Assembly (NCBI GenBank): GCA_964482365.1
Contig: CAYZXG010000016.1
Span: forward strand, 1-15,071
Reading direction: 5' to 3'
Length of the DNA stretch: 15,071 bases
From: an uncultured Candidatus Saccharibacteria bacterium
GTDB lineage: Bacteria > Patescibacteriota > 4484-211 > GCA-002791395
Positions 1 through 6,508 of the stretch are shown here, piece by piece. Position numbers and translations under genes: made by a program. The stretch's first letter is position 1; each line of letters opens with the position of its first letter. Below the pieces are notes generated by a model, which did no database searches, had not been told where the DNA came from, and saw only the letters and a list, made by a program, of their open reading frames with translations.

Positions 1-486
1 GTTGCCGAGTGGAAGATGGATGAGAATCAGGGAAGTACGGTAAATGATACAAGTGGGAATAGTAACCATGGGGCGATTACAGGGGCGACGTGGAACGATG
101 CAGGGTGCAAAGAGGGGAGTTGTTTAGGGGGCTTCGATGACACAAGTGGATATGTGGATGCGGGAAACGGCACGAGTCTAAATATTACCGATGCAATTAC
201 ACTTGAGGCATGGTTTAAAAGTGGTAACACAACTTCTACAACCAATACTATTATTGGAAGGCTAAATTGGGCTGATTGGATTTGGCTAAACTACAATGGA
301 TCAACGCAATTAATCCAGGCAAATATTGAAGGTATTATTGGATACAACAGTTTTTACACAGGCGTACCTCTAAATGAGTGGAATCATGTCTCGGTTACTT
401 ATGATAAAACAGCTGGAGCAAATAATTTGAGGTTATATTTAAATGGCGTTTTGAAGACCAGCAACACGAGTACTTCAAGCATTTGA
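1..486 (+). CDS. LamG / concanavalin-A-like lectin domain repeat protein, N-terminal fragment. The reading frame is open from base 1 (5' end cut by the window) and ends at an in-frame TGA.
   Basis: Frame 1 is open from position 1. The translation has the LamG_3-type pattern D.SGN.NHG...GA.W..G..G.A..FDG..DYV......L.I.....EAW.K. The domain is cut short at TGA 484-486 and continues in the same frame after the stop. Confidence 0.6.
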   Translation, partial: VAEWKMDENQGSTVNDTSGNSNHGAITGATWNDAGCKEGSCLGGFDDTSGYVDAGNGTSLNITDAITLEAWFKSGNTTSTTNTIIGRLNWADWIWLNYNGSTQLIQANIEGIIGYNSFYTGVPLNEWNHVSVTYDKTAGANNLRLYLNGVLKTSNTSTSSI

Positions 487-537
487 TCTCCATCTGGCAA
501 TCTATTTATCGGTAAAGCTGGTACAAATGGGTACTAC

Positions 538-1326
538 ATGGACGGTCTCATCGATTCCGTCAAAATCTATAACTACGCCCGTACTCCTGCTCAGATTGCG
601 TGGGATTACAACAAAGGCGCGCCTGTGGCTCATTATCAATTTGATGAGTGCGAAGGCTCCACAGCCTACGATGCAAGCGGTAACGGCAACAACGGCACAA
701 TCACCATAGGCGCAACAGGAACCCAAGCATCCGCCGGAAACTGCGAAAGTGGGGATACGGCTGATGCGTGGAATAACGGCGCGAGTGGCAAGTGGAATTC
801 GAGCATGAGCTTTGATGGGGTGGATGATTATGTGAGTGTTACGGATCCAAGTGATGGGAGTTTGGACTTTGGAACATCAGATTTTAGTATTTCCACGTGG
901 ATTAAGATATCTGAGGTTAGTGGACATTTGATTCAAAAATACCAGGATAACAACATTAACTATGAGTTATATGTAAGTTCTAACGGTTCGGTGAATTTAA
1001 GAACTTGGACTGCCGGTACTTTGCGAGATTATGTATATTCAAATGCTAGTGTTATAACACAAGGTACTTGGTATCATGTTGTGGTTGTTGCCTCTAGAGG
1101 TACAGCGACAACAATGTATGTTGATGGAAAGAATGTGACGTCAACACAGGGTACAACAACTGTAGATCTCAGCAACAGTGGTGCTTTGAACATGATGTGG
1201 AATAAACTTGGTACAGATGATAAAACTTCCGGCCAGATAGACGACGTTAGAATCTACAACTACGCCCTCACGGCGGAGCAGGTGAAGAACTTGTACAACA
1301 ATAATTCCGCAATACGGTTTGAATAA
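538..1326 (+). CDS. LamG-domain repeat protein, C-terminal part. Same frame as 1..486; together they give at least 2.5 tandem LamG repeats, each ending in the motif IDxVxIYNYAxTxxQ.
   Basis: 262-aa ORF. The second full LamG repeat is AHYQFDECEGSTAYDASGNGNNGT ... IDDVRIYNYALTAEQV. The sequence SPSGNLFIGKAGTNGYYMDGLIDSVKIYNYA, starting right after the TGA, completes the first domain. TAA stop at 1324-1326. Confidence 0.65.
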   Translation: MDGLIDSVKIYNYARTPAQIAWDYNKGAPVAHYQFDECEGSTAYDASGNGNNGTITIGATGTQASAGNCESGDTADAWNNGASGKWNSSMSFDGVDDYVSVTDPSDGSLDFGTSDFSISTWIKISEVSGHLIQKYQDNNINYELYVSSNGSVNLRTWTAGTLRDYVYSNASVITQGTWYHVVVVASRGTATTMYVDGKNVTSTQGTTTVDLSNSGALNMMWNKLGTDDKTSGQIDDVRIYNYALTAEQVKNLYNNNSAIRFE

Positions 1327-1357
1327 CGGGCGTTATATGTATAACCCCCCCACACGC

Positions 1358-1554
1358 GGGTCGCCACAGTGGGCGACCCCTACGGGGTGGGTTTGTATCT
1401 GTAGGGGCGTGGTCGTGACCCGCCCGGTGTTTTTCGTAGGGGCGTATTGCATACGCTCGCATGTGTGGGGACCGTTGGGGGGCGGGTCGCCACAGTGGGC
1501 GACCCCTACGGGATGGGTTTGTATCTGTAGGGGCGTGGTCGTGACCCGCCCGGT
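1358..1554. repeat. Tandem duplication (126-bp period) of a 71-bp unit: inverted REP (GGGTCGCCACAGTGGGCGACCCCTAC), 17-bp spacer, then direct REP (GTAGGGGCGTGGTCGTGACCCGCCC). Copies are 1358-1428 and 1484-1554, with one mismatch. A further GTAGGGGCG-headed palindrome (GCGTATTGCATACGC) lies between them at 1436-1456.
   Basis: Direct reading of the sequence. Both palindromes form 8-9 bp GC-rich stems. The GTAG and CTAC heads face each other, as in BIME-like head-to-head REP pairs. Confidence 0.85.
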
Positions 1555-1564
1555 ATATCGTATA

Positions 1565-2092
1565 ATGTTTGTGGTGGAGGACAATTTACCAAACAGAAAA
1601 CATATACGTTTAGAAACGTGGGATTATTCCAACCCGTGGTGGTATTTTGTAACGATATGTACGGAACATATGCGGCATATGTTCGGAACGGTTTCCGTAG
1701 GGGTGGGGTCACCCCACCCGGTAATGGAATTAAACGATTTCGGCAATATCGTTAATAATTGGTGGTACGAAATCCCAAACCATTTCAATAATGTTACGTT
1801 GGATGAATGGCAAATAATGCCAAATCATGTTCATGGAATAATTCAAATAAATTCAAATCACGGGCGCGGAAACCACGCCCCTACTACATTGGGGCAAATT
1901 GTCGGATATTACAAATACCAGTCAACCAAACAGTTCAACGCGATTGTAGGGGCGGGGTCATCCCGCCCGAATCCCAAAATGTGGCAACGGGGGTATTATG
2001 ACCGCGTAATCAGAAACGACCGTGAATTGGATAGGATTAGAACATATATTAGAACCAACCCCCAAAATTGGTTGGATGATGAATATTTTTAA
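1565..2092 (+). CDS. REP-associated tyrosine transposase (RAYT; IS200/IS605-like HuH Y1 transposase family).
   Basis: HuH motif in MPNHVHGII. Catalytic-Tyr region WQRGYYDRVIRN...RIRTYIRTNP. N-terminal NLPNRKHIRLETWDYSNPWWYFVTICT matches the RRKRIRL..YDYS...YFVTICT RAYT signature. First in-frame ATG at 1565 (overlapped by a TATAAT at 1561-1566). The longer ORF from 1319 is REP-derived read-in. Two REP-like palindromes are embedded in-frame (1697-1719, 1946-1969). Confidence 0.75.
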   Translation: MFVVEDNLPNRKHIRLETWDYSNPWWYFVTICTEHMRHMFGTVSVGVGSPHPVMELNDFGNIVNNWWYEIPNHFNNVTLDEWQIMPNHVHGIIQINSNHGRGNHAPTTLGQIVGYYKYQSTKQFNAIVGAGSSRPNPKMWQRGYYDRVIRNDRELDRIRTYIRTNPQNWLDDEYF

Positions 2093-2106
2093 ATGATAGG
2101 ACATAC

Positions 2107-2156
2107 GGGTCGCCACAATGGGTTAATGGTTTCGTAGGGGCGGGGTTATCCCGCCC
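2107..2156 (+). repeat. Downstream REP pair: degenerate inverted REP (GGGTCGCCACAATGGG) plus direct REP GTAGGGGCGGGGTTATCCCGCCC (2134-2156).
   Basis: Same family as the upstream copies. It sits immediately 3' of the RAYT stop. Confidence 0.75.
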
Positions 2157-2169
2157 GTTATCTGCGGGC

Positions 2170-2209
2170 AAAAAAATGAAGCCCACGTCCTTGGTAGAAC
2201 GTGGGCTTC
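2170..2209 (-). terminator. Rho-independent terminator for the minus-strand small-membrane-protein operon.
   Basis: 11-bp perfect stem GAAGCCCACGT / ACGTGGGCTTC (2178-2188 and 2199-2209) with a 10-nt loop. On the minus strand it is followed by T7 (the A-run at 2170-2176). It lies 36 bp downstream of the stop of the 2245..2583 gene. Confidence 0.8.
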
Positions 2210-2244
2210 GGTGTGGGTCTCCTATGCGGGAATCACTACGGGAC

Positions 2245-2583
2245 CTAGATCAATGCAAGTCCCATAGAGATCATTCCAATCACCCCGCCTAGAAGGTGAG
2301 CAACGAGGAAGAGGAGGAACGTGTTTATGTCCTCCTCATTCTTTTGTTTATTGGCGCCGTGGATCATGATGCACGCCATGACCACCACGCTAAAGTAAAG
2401 ACTTGTTAAGATGACGAAAAGGTCTTTACTCATCCAGGTGAGATAATGGCTATTGGGCTCTAGATAAGCGACCGCAATAGCTCCATAGATCACCCCAACC
2501 ACGAGCAGAAAGGGCGATACGATTGCTCGGAACAGACTCGTCCCGTGGCTGACCGGGGTGTCATCATAAATCGATTTTGTCAC
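2245..2583 (-). CDS. Small integral membrane protein (about 3-4 TM helices), function unknown; last gene of a 3-gene operon.
   Basis: 112-aa ORF with a GTG start at 2583, preceded by AAAAGGAGAAAACT (SD AAGGAG, 7-nt spacer). Hydrophobic segments FLLVVGVIYGAIAVAYL, LFVILTSLYFSVVVMACIMI and FLLFLVAHLLGGVIGMISMGLALI. TAG stop. Confidence 0.6.
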   Translation of the reverse strand: MTKSIYDDTPVSHGTSLFRAIVSPFLLVVGVIYGAIAVAYLEPNSHYLTWMSKDLFVILTSLYFSVVVMACIMIHGANKQKNEEDINTFLLFLVAHLLGGVIGMISMGLALI

Positions 2584-2609
2584 AGTTTTCTCCTTTTAGT
2601 GATAGTTTT

Positions 2610-2912
2610 TTAGAATTCTTGCAGAATATATTTCCCTGCAAGAATTCCCAGGCCTGCGCCGCCGGCAAATGCAGTGCTCGCGATCGCGATGACGGCAAAA
2701 TGCACAGTCTTAATAATTCCAAGGGCGGGCGCAAAAACTTCGCCCAAACCCTTGCCAGAAAGCATCCCCGCAATGTCGAAGATGCCGACGTCCAACAGCG
2801 CAGTATCCGTCGGGACTGCAAACCCGATGATCAGGTAGGCGACTTCCCACCCGATCCAGCATCCCAAGAGGAATGCCGAGATGGCAGCTAGCCATTTTGT
2901 TTCATTTGACAT
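2610..2912 (-). CDS. Small Gly/Ala-rich integral membrane protein, function unknown.
   Basis: The ORF is open to 2981, but the ATG at 2912 (MSNETKW...) is preceded by AAAGGGAGGGAAAAAC, a strong SD with a 7-nt spacer. 100 aa with three hydrophobic segments. TAA stop. Confidence 0.6.
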   Translation of the reverse strand: MSNETKWLAAISAFLLGCWIGWEVAYLIIGFAVPTDTALLDVGIFDIAGMLSGKGLGEVFAPALGIIKTVHFAVIAIASTAFAGGAGLGILAGKYILQEF

Positions 2913-3011
2913 GTTTTTCCCTCCCTTTGGGCGTGGGTTTTGAATTTGAAAAGCGCGAATTGACTGCGACAACCATACCACACTTGTCCCATAGTGTCAA
3001 GTTAATCTTCA

Positions 3012-3350
3012 TTACCTTGAGGCCAACACTGCCTCTAAAGCTGATAAAAAGATGGGATCCATAAGTACCATCAGCGTGGTGCTCAAAACTACCAGTAGAG
3101 CTGTTCCAACAGCAACAATGACCATTGTTTTTACACCCGAAAATTTTTGGTTTTCAATCGTGATGATTGCAATTGAGAACAGCACAATTGCAAGAAAAAC
3201 AGTCATTACTGTTGCATAAAGGTACTCAATGTGGCTGGCGAGGCTTGTCATTCCCTCGACCGTGTACATCATATATACGGTCATTACACCTAGGAGAAAA
3301 AACAGCATTACTTCAATCAAAACTTGTATACGACTTCTTGCCATCGGCAT
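3012..3350 (-). CDS. Small integral membrane protein (3 TM), first gene of the operon.
   Basis: 112-aa ORF. The ATG at 3350 is preceded by ACAAGGAACCAATC (SD AAGGAA). Helices LIEVMLFFLLGVMTVYMMY, VMTVFLAIVLFSIAIITI and MVIVAVGTALLVVLSTTLMVLM. Confidence 0.6.
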   Translation of the reverse strand: MPMARSRIQVLIEVMLFFLLGVMTVYMMYTVEGMTSLASHIEYLYATVMTVFLAIVLFSIAIITIENQKFSGVKTMVIVAVGTALLVVLSTTLMVLMDPIFLSALEAVLASR

Positions 3351-3518
3351 GATTGGTTCCTTGTGTGAATATAATTTTTAAATTTGCGAACAATGCGAAA
3401 GGAGTAGATTGTACCATTTGGTCTGATAAAACAAGGTTGAGTTTGTTGTAAATAACATCGCAAGTAAAAGAAGATTGTAGTTTGTTTACAAACTACTCAG
3501 AATTGCTACTGCAATTCA

Positions 3519-3605
3519 TGGTGCCGAGGGGGGGACTTGAACCCCCACGCTTTTTAGGGCACGGGATTTTGAGTCCCGCGTGTCTGCCAATTCCACCACC
3601 CCGGC
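3519..3605 (-). tRNA. tRNA-Leu (anticodon CAA), 87 nt, class II long variable arm, CCA encoded.
   Basis: The minus-strand sequence is GCCGGGGUGGUGGAAUUGGCAGACACGCGGGACUCAAAAUCCCGUGCCCUAAAAAGCGUGGGGGUUCAAGUCCCCCCCUCGGCACCA. It has a 7-bp acceptor stem (one G-U), anticodon loop CUCAAAA, a 14-nt variable arm, a GGGGG/CCCCC T-stem and the GUUCAAGUC T-loop. The architecture is close to the E. coli tRNA-Leu layout, written from memory. Confidence 0.9.
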
Positions 3606-3744
3606 ATGTGCACAGTTATTATACCGTACACAGCTCAGGGCGGTGCGGAACAAACATCCAGTGTTTGGTTTGTTTTTGTGAAGGGTTGTTTTGGGTGTTA
3701 ATTCCAGGTTTCGGGATTGCAACTCCCAGCTGTCCAATCATCTC

Positions 3745-3753
3745 TGTTATAAT
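3745..3753 (+). promoter_or_regulatory. Extended -10 element TGTTATAAT placed 7 nt before the M16 peptidase ATG. No SD is present, so the predicted mRNA is leaderless or near-leaderless.
   Basis: TG at 3745-3746, TATAAT at 3748-3753, ATG at 3761. There is no purine-rich SD in between. Confidence 0.4.
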
Positions 3754-3760
3754 CTTCTAA

Positions 3761-5047
3761 ATGCCTGAGTATCAAAAAACTACCCTTCCCAATGGGCTTC
3801 GCATTCTTTCTATTCCAAAACAAGAGTCTCCATCTACAACCGTAATGGTTCTTGTAGGTGTTGGATCAAGGTTTGAAACTGAAGATCAGTCGGGGATTGC
3901 GCATTTTATTGAGCATAATGTGTTTAAAGGAACCACAACGCGCACAAAACCCAATCAAGTCTCGTTTGATATTGAATCTATCGGCGGAGACTCAAACGCC
4001 GGAACCGGCAACGAATTTACCTATTACTGGGCAAAATCTGCGGCACCTCTTGCACCAAAAATTTTAGATGTAATGTTAGATATCTCGCTTAACATGACGT
4101 TTCCACAAAAAGATTTAGAGATCGAGCGGGGGAATGTGATCGAAGAGATCAATATGTACGAAGATAATCCTATGCGAAAGGTCATGGTTGATTATATCGA
4201 TCTTGTGTGGAATGGACACCCACTCGGTAGAAAAATTAGCGGCACAAAAGAAACAGTTTCGGCTTTTACAAGGGACGATATGGTTAACTTTGTGCATCAA
4301 AACTACACAATGGATAAAACGGTGGTTGTTATTTCAGGCGGTGGCGATCATAAAGCGTTAGTTGATCAGGTCGTAAACGCATATCAAGATGTTTCATCGC
4401 AAAAAGGTCCAACGGCAATGTTGTATCAAGATGTGCAAGATAAAGGTTTGGTTAACGTGGTACACAAAGAGCTTGAACAATCCCATCTGTGTATGGGTTT
4501 TCGTACGTTTGGACGGCATGATGAGCGTTCGTATGTTTTAGATGTTGCCAATGCAATTTTGGGAGAGGGGATGAGCAGTCGGTTATTTTTTAAGGTACGT
4601 GAAGAGCTTGGTCTTGCATATTACATCGGTTCATCCATATGGGATTTTGACGAAACAGGGTTGTGGTTTGTGCGCGCTGGTGTTGACAATAAACGCGTTG
4701 ATGAAGCACTGAGTGCAATCACTGCTGAGTTTATTAAGCTTGCACGCAACAAGGTAACCAATGATGAGATTAATCGCGCAAAAGAATTCATTAAAGGCAA
4801 AACGCTGTTATCCGTTGAAACAAGTGATGATCTAGGGCAATGGTATGGTTTTCAGGAACTGTTAGAAAAAGAGGTATTGTCGCCTGCGCAGTATAACCAG
4901 AAGATCGATCAAGTAACGGCCGAGCAAGTTGTGGAGGTTGTATCAACGCTAGCGGTCCCTTCCAAAGTAAGTCTTTCAATCATCGGTCCGTTTGAAGAAA
5001 AAGAAGCTGGCCGATTACGAGCGCTTGTGCATCAAAACCTGCTATAA
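3761..5047 (+). CDS. M16-family zinc metallopeptidase (insulinase/pitrilysin-like).
   Basis: 428-aa ORF. Inverted zinc-binding motif HxxEH in GIAHFIEHNVFKGT. N-terminal LPNGLRI is typical of M16. TAA stop. Confidence 0.88.
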   Translation: MPEYQKTTLPNGLRILSIPKQESPSTTVMVLVGVGSRFETEDQSGIAHFIEHNVFKGTTTRTKPNQVSFDIESIGGDSNAGTGNEFTYYWAKSAAPLAPKILDVMLDISLNMTFPQKDLEIERGNVIEEINMYEDNPMRKVMVDYIDLVWNGHPLGRKISGTKETVSAFTRDDMVNFVHQNYTMDKTVVVISGGGDHKALVDQVVNAYQDVSSQKGPTAMLYQDVQDKGLVNVVHKELEQSHLCMGFRTFGRHDERSYVLDVANAILGEGMSSRLFFKVREELGLAYYIGSSIWDFDETGLWFVRAGVDNKRVDEALSAITAEFIKLARNKVTNDEINRAKEFIKGKTLLSVETSDDLGQWYGFQELLEKEVLSPAQYNQKIDQVTAEQVVEVVSTLAVPSKVSLSIIGPFEEKEAGRLRALVHQNLL

Positions 5048-5048
5048 T
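5043..5048 (+). promoter_or_regulatory. TATAAT hexamer 6 nt upstream of the DksA-like ATG (leaderless arrangement). It overlaps the M16 stop codon.
   Basis: gcTATAATagaaacATG: TATAAT at 5043-5048, ATG at 5055, no SD. Confidence 0.35.
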
Positions 5049-5054
5049 AGAAAC

Positions 5055-5411
5055 ATGTCTATCGATACAGCACCGTACAAGATTCAACTTGAAAAACTTT
5101 TGGAAGAGGTTACGCAAACAATAACGCGCGTTGAGGCGTCTGATCCGGCAAATAATGAGTTTCGGGATTCAGATAATACTATGGAAGATGATTATAGCGA
5201 GAGTGAACAAGGGTTTAGAGCCAATGAACTTTTGGACGACCTTTCAGAGAAACGAGATTTAATTGTTTCGGCTCTTGTGCGAATTGAAGATGGCACGTAC
5301 GGAATGGACATTGATACGGGTGAACCAATTAATCCTGCGCGTTTGGCCGCAGTTCCGTATGCAACTCATGCTATGAGTAATGAGCAAGAATCAGAAAAAA
5401 CAGAAGAATAA
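5055..5411 (+). CDS. DksA/TraR-family protein (RNA polymerase secondary-channel binding type) lacking the canonical Cys4 zinc finger.
   Basis: LVRIEDGTYGMDIDTGEPINPARLAAVPYATHAMSNEQ aligns with the DksA C-terminal segment (V.D..YG.C..CG..I...RLEA.P.A..C..C). Positions 114, 117, 135 and 138 (E. coli DksA numbering) are Met, Thr, Ala and Asn, not Cys. An acidic coiled-coil region lies upstream. The ORF tool start at 4992 overlaps the M16 gene; 5055 is preferred. Confidence 0.6.
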   Translation: MSIDTAPYKIQLEKLLEEVTQTITRVEASDPANNEFRDSDNTMEDDYSESEQGFRANELLDDLSEKRDLIVSALVRIEDGTYGMDIDTGEPINPARLAAVPYATHAMSNEQESEKTEE

Positions 5412-5435
5412 TTAAGGGGGTACAGATTAATACCC

Positions 5436-6500
5436 ATGAATATTCAATCACACGTTTCGCTTAACTTACTTAACACGCTTCGGTTACCGTCAAAAGCCTC
5501 GTTGTTTGCTCCCATATCAGCTCAAACCAATCTGCCCGCATTGATGAACGATTCACGTTTTTTTAATCCTTTTATTCTCGGAGGCGGGAGCAATATTTTG
5601 TTTGTTGGAGATTATGAGGGCGTTGTTCTTAAAACGGATATTAAGGGAATCGATATACTGTCAGAAACCGATGAAGGTGTTGTGCTTGAGGTAGGGGCAG
5701 GGGAGAACTGGCATAATCTTGTTACTTTTGCGGTTGATCATAATTGGGGAGGTATCGAGAACATGGCGTTAATTCCAGGAACAGTGGGCGCGGCACCAGT
5801 ACAAAATATTGCGGCGTACGGGCAGAATTTTGTGGATGTGTTTGAATCGCTCGATGCGTTTGACATGACTACGGGCAAAAGTGCAACGTTTGATGCACCT
5901 TCGTGCAAACTTGCGTATCGGAGCAGTATTTTTAAGACAACGTTCAAAAACAGGTATCTGATCACAAAGGTAAGAATAAAACTTCATAAAAAACACCAAC
6001 TTTCTACCGATTATTTTATGATCCACATGAGTTATGACTCATTGCGGAGTGAACTTAGATCGTTTGCAACCGCGCCGTACACCATTAAAGACGTATACCA
6101 AGCCGTCATACATATTCGTACACGAAAACTTCCTGACCCGAAATTGTTTCCTACCTGCGGGAGTTTTTTTCTTAATCCAACTATTTCGCGTGAAACGTAT
6201 GACGAGTTATCATCACAGATTCCTGAGTTGCAAAGTTATCCGGTTGAACAATTGCAATACACCGCGTTGATTGATCCGAGCGATGCACACGTAAAAATCC
6301 CAGCCGGTAGACTTATTGATGAATTGGGTTGGCGTGGCAAAACGGTTGGCAACTGCAGTGTGTGGGATAAACATGCGCTTGTGTTCACGCATAACGGCGA
6401 CGCAACGGGAAAAGAATTTTTGGAGTTTACCAATCGTATCAAAAACAGTGTGTTTGAATCATACGGCGTGAGTCTTGAAAGTGAAATCGTGGTGGTTTGA
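5436..6500 (+). CDS. murB: UDP-N-acetylenolpyruvoylglucosamine reductase MurB.
   Basis: 354 aa. FAD-binding ILGGGSNILF, the C.LAYRSSIFK motif, GSFFLNP, and the C-terminal AGRLIDELGWRGKTVG...ALVF segment are diagnostic of MurB. A weak GGGGG SD lies 15 nt upstream. TGA stop. Confidence 0.85.
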   Translation: MNIQSHVSLNLLNTLRLPSKASLFAPISAQTNLPALMNDSRFFNPFILGGGSNILFVGDYEGVVLKTDIKGIDILSETDEGVVLEVGAGENWHNLVTFAVDHNWGGIENMALIPGTVGAAPVQNIAAYGQNFVDVFESLDAFDMTTGKSATFDAPSCKLAYRSSIFKTTFKNRYLITKVRIKLHKKHQLSTDYFMIHMSYDSLRSELRSFATAPYTIKDVYQAVIHIRTRKLPDPKLFPTCGSFFLNPTISRETYDELSSQIPELQSYPVEQLQYTALIDPSDAHVKIPAGRLIDELGWRGKTVGNCSVWDKHALVFTHNGDATGKEFLEFTNRIKNSVFESYGVSLESEIVVV

Positions 6501-6508
6501 TTCTCAGC

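Larger units (their letters stand above)
1358..2168 (+). mobile_element. REPtron: RAYT gene plus flanking and internal REP palindromes. Consensus (C)GTAGGGGCGGGGTCATCCCGCCCG. GTAG-headed copies at 1401, 1436, 1527, 1697, 1946 and 2134; inverted copies ending CCCCTAC at 1377-1383 and 1503-1509; a degenerate inverted copy at 2107-2122.
   Basis: Six GTAGGGG-headed palindromes and three inverted partners surround and penetrate a Y1 HuH transposase ORF. This is the defining REP/RAYT arrangement. Confidence 0.7.

Noticed and set aside
484-486. TGA reassigned to glycine (genetic code 25, as in Gracilibacteria/SR1) or selenocysteine at the LamG in-frame stop.
   Set aside because: Long housekeeping ORFs in the window (pnp, the flotillin gene, M16, murB; about 3000 codons) contain no in-frame TGA. 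TGA terminates murB and another ORF. No SECIS-like hairpin follows the codon. Code 11 with a local nonsense mutation or error is more parsimonious.
1345-1356. The sequence AACCCCCCCACACGC near the LamG gene stop resembles the 3' part of tRNA-Leu (AACCCCCACGC, 3540-3550), hinting at att-like direct repeats bounding an integrated element from 1345 to 3550.
   Set aside because: The match is short (about 10 of 12), interrupted, and C-homopolymer driven. There is no integrase gene. The RAYT is not an integrase-type element. This is insufficient to call an integrated island.
1319-1564. N-terminal extension of the RAYT ORF from 1319 (MNNGRYMYNPPTRGSPQWATPTGWVCICRGVVVTRPV...).
   Set aside because: This stretch is translation through the tandem REP/inverted-REP palindromes. 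The repeated peptide blocks mirror the 126-bp DNA duplication, and RAYT homology begins only near 1565.
1859-1882. A third in-frame GC-rich partial palindrome (GGGCGCGGAAACCACGCCC) inside RAYT, as a possible REP.
   Set aside because: It lacks the GTAGGGG head and has only a 5-bp stem. It encodes the conserved HAPTTLG segment found in other RAYTs, so it is probably ordinary coding sequence.
3482-3760. ORFs 3482..3760 (+) and 3516..3737 (-), 92 and 73 aa.
   Set aside because: They overlap the tRNA-Leu gene and its promoter region. Their composition is driven by the tRNA sequence. They are not coding.
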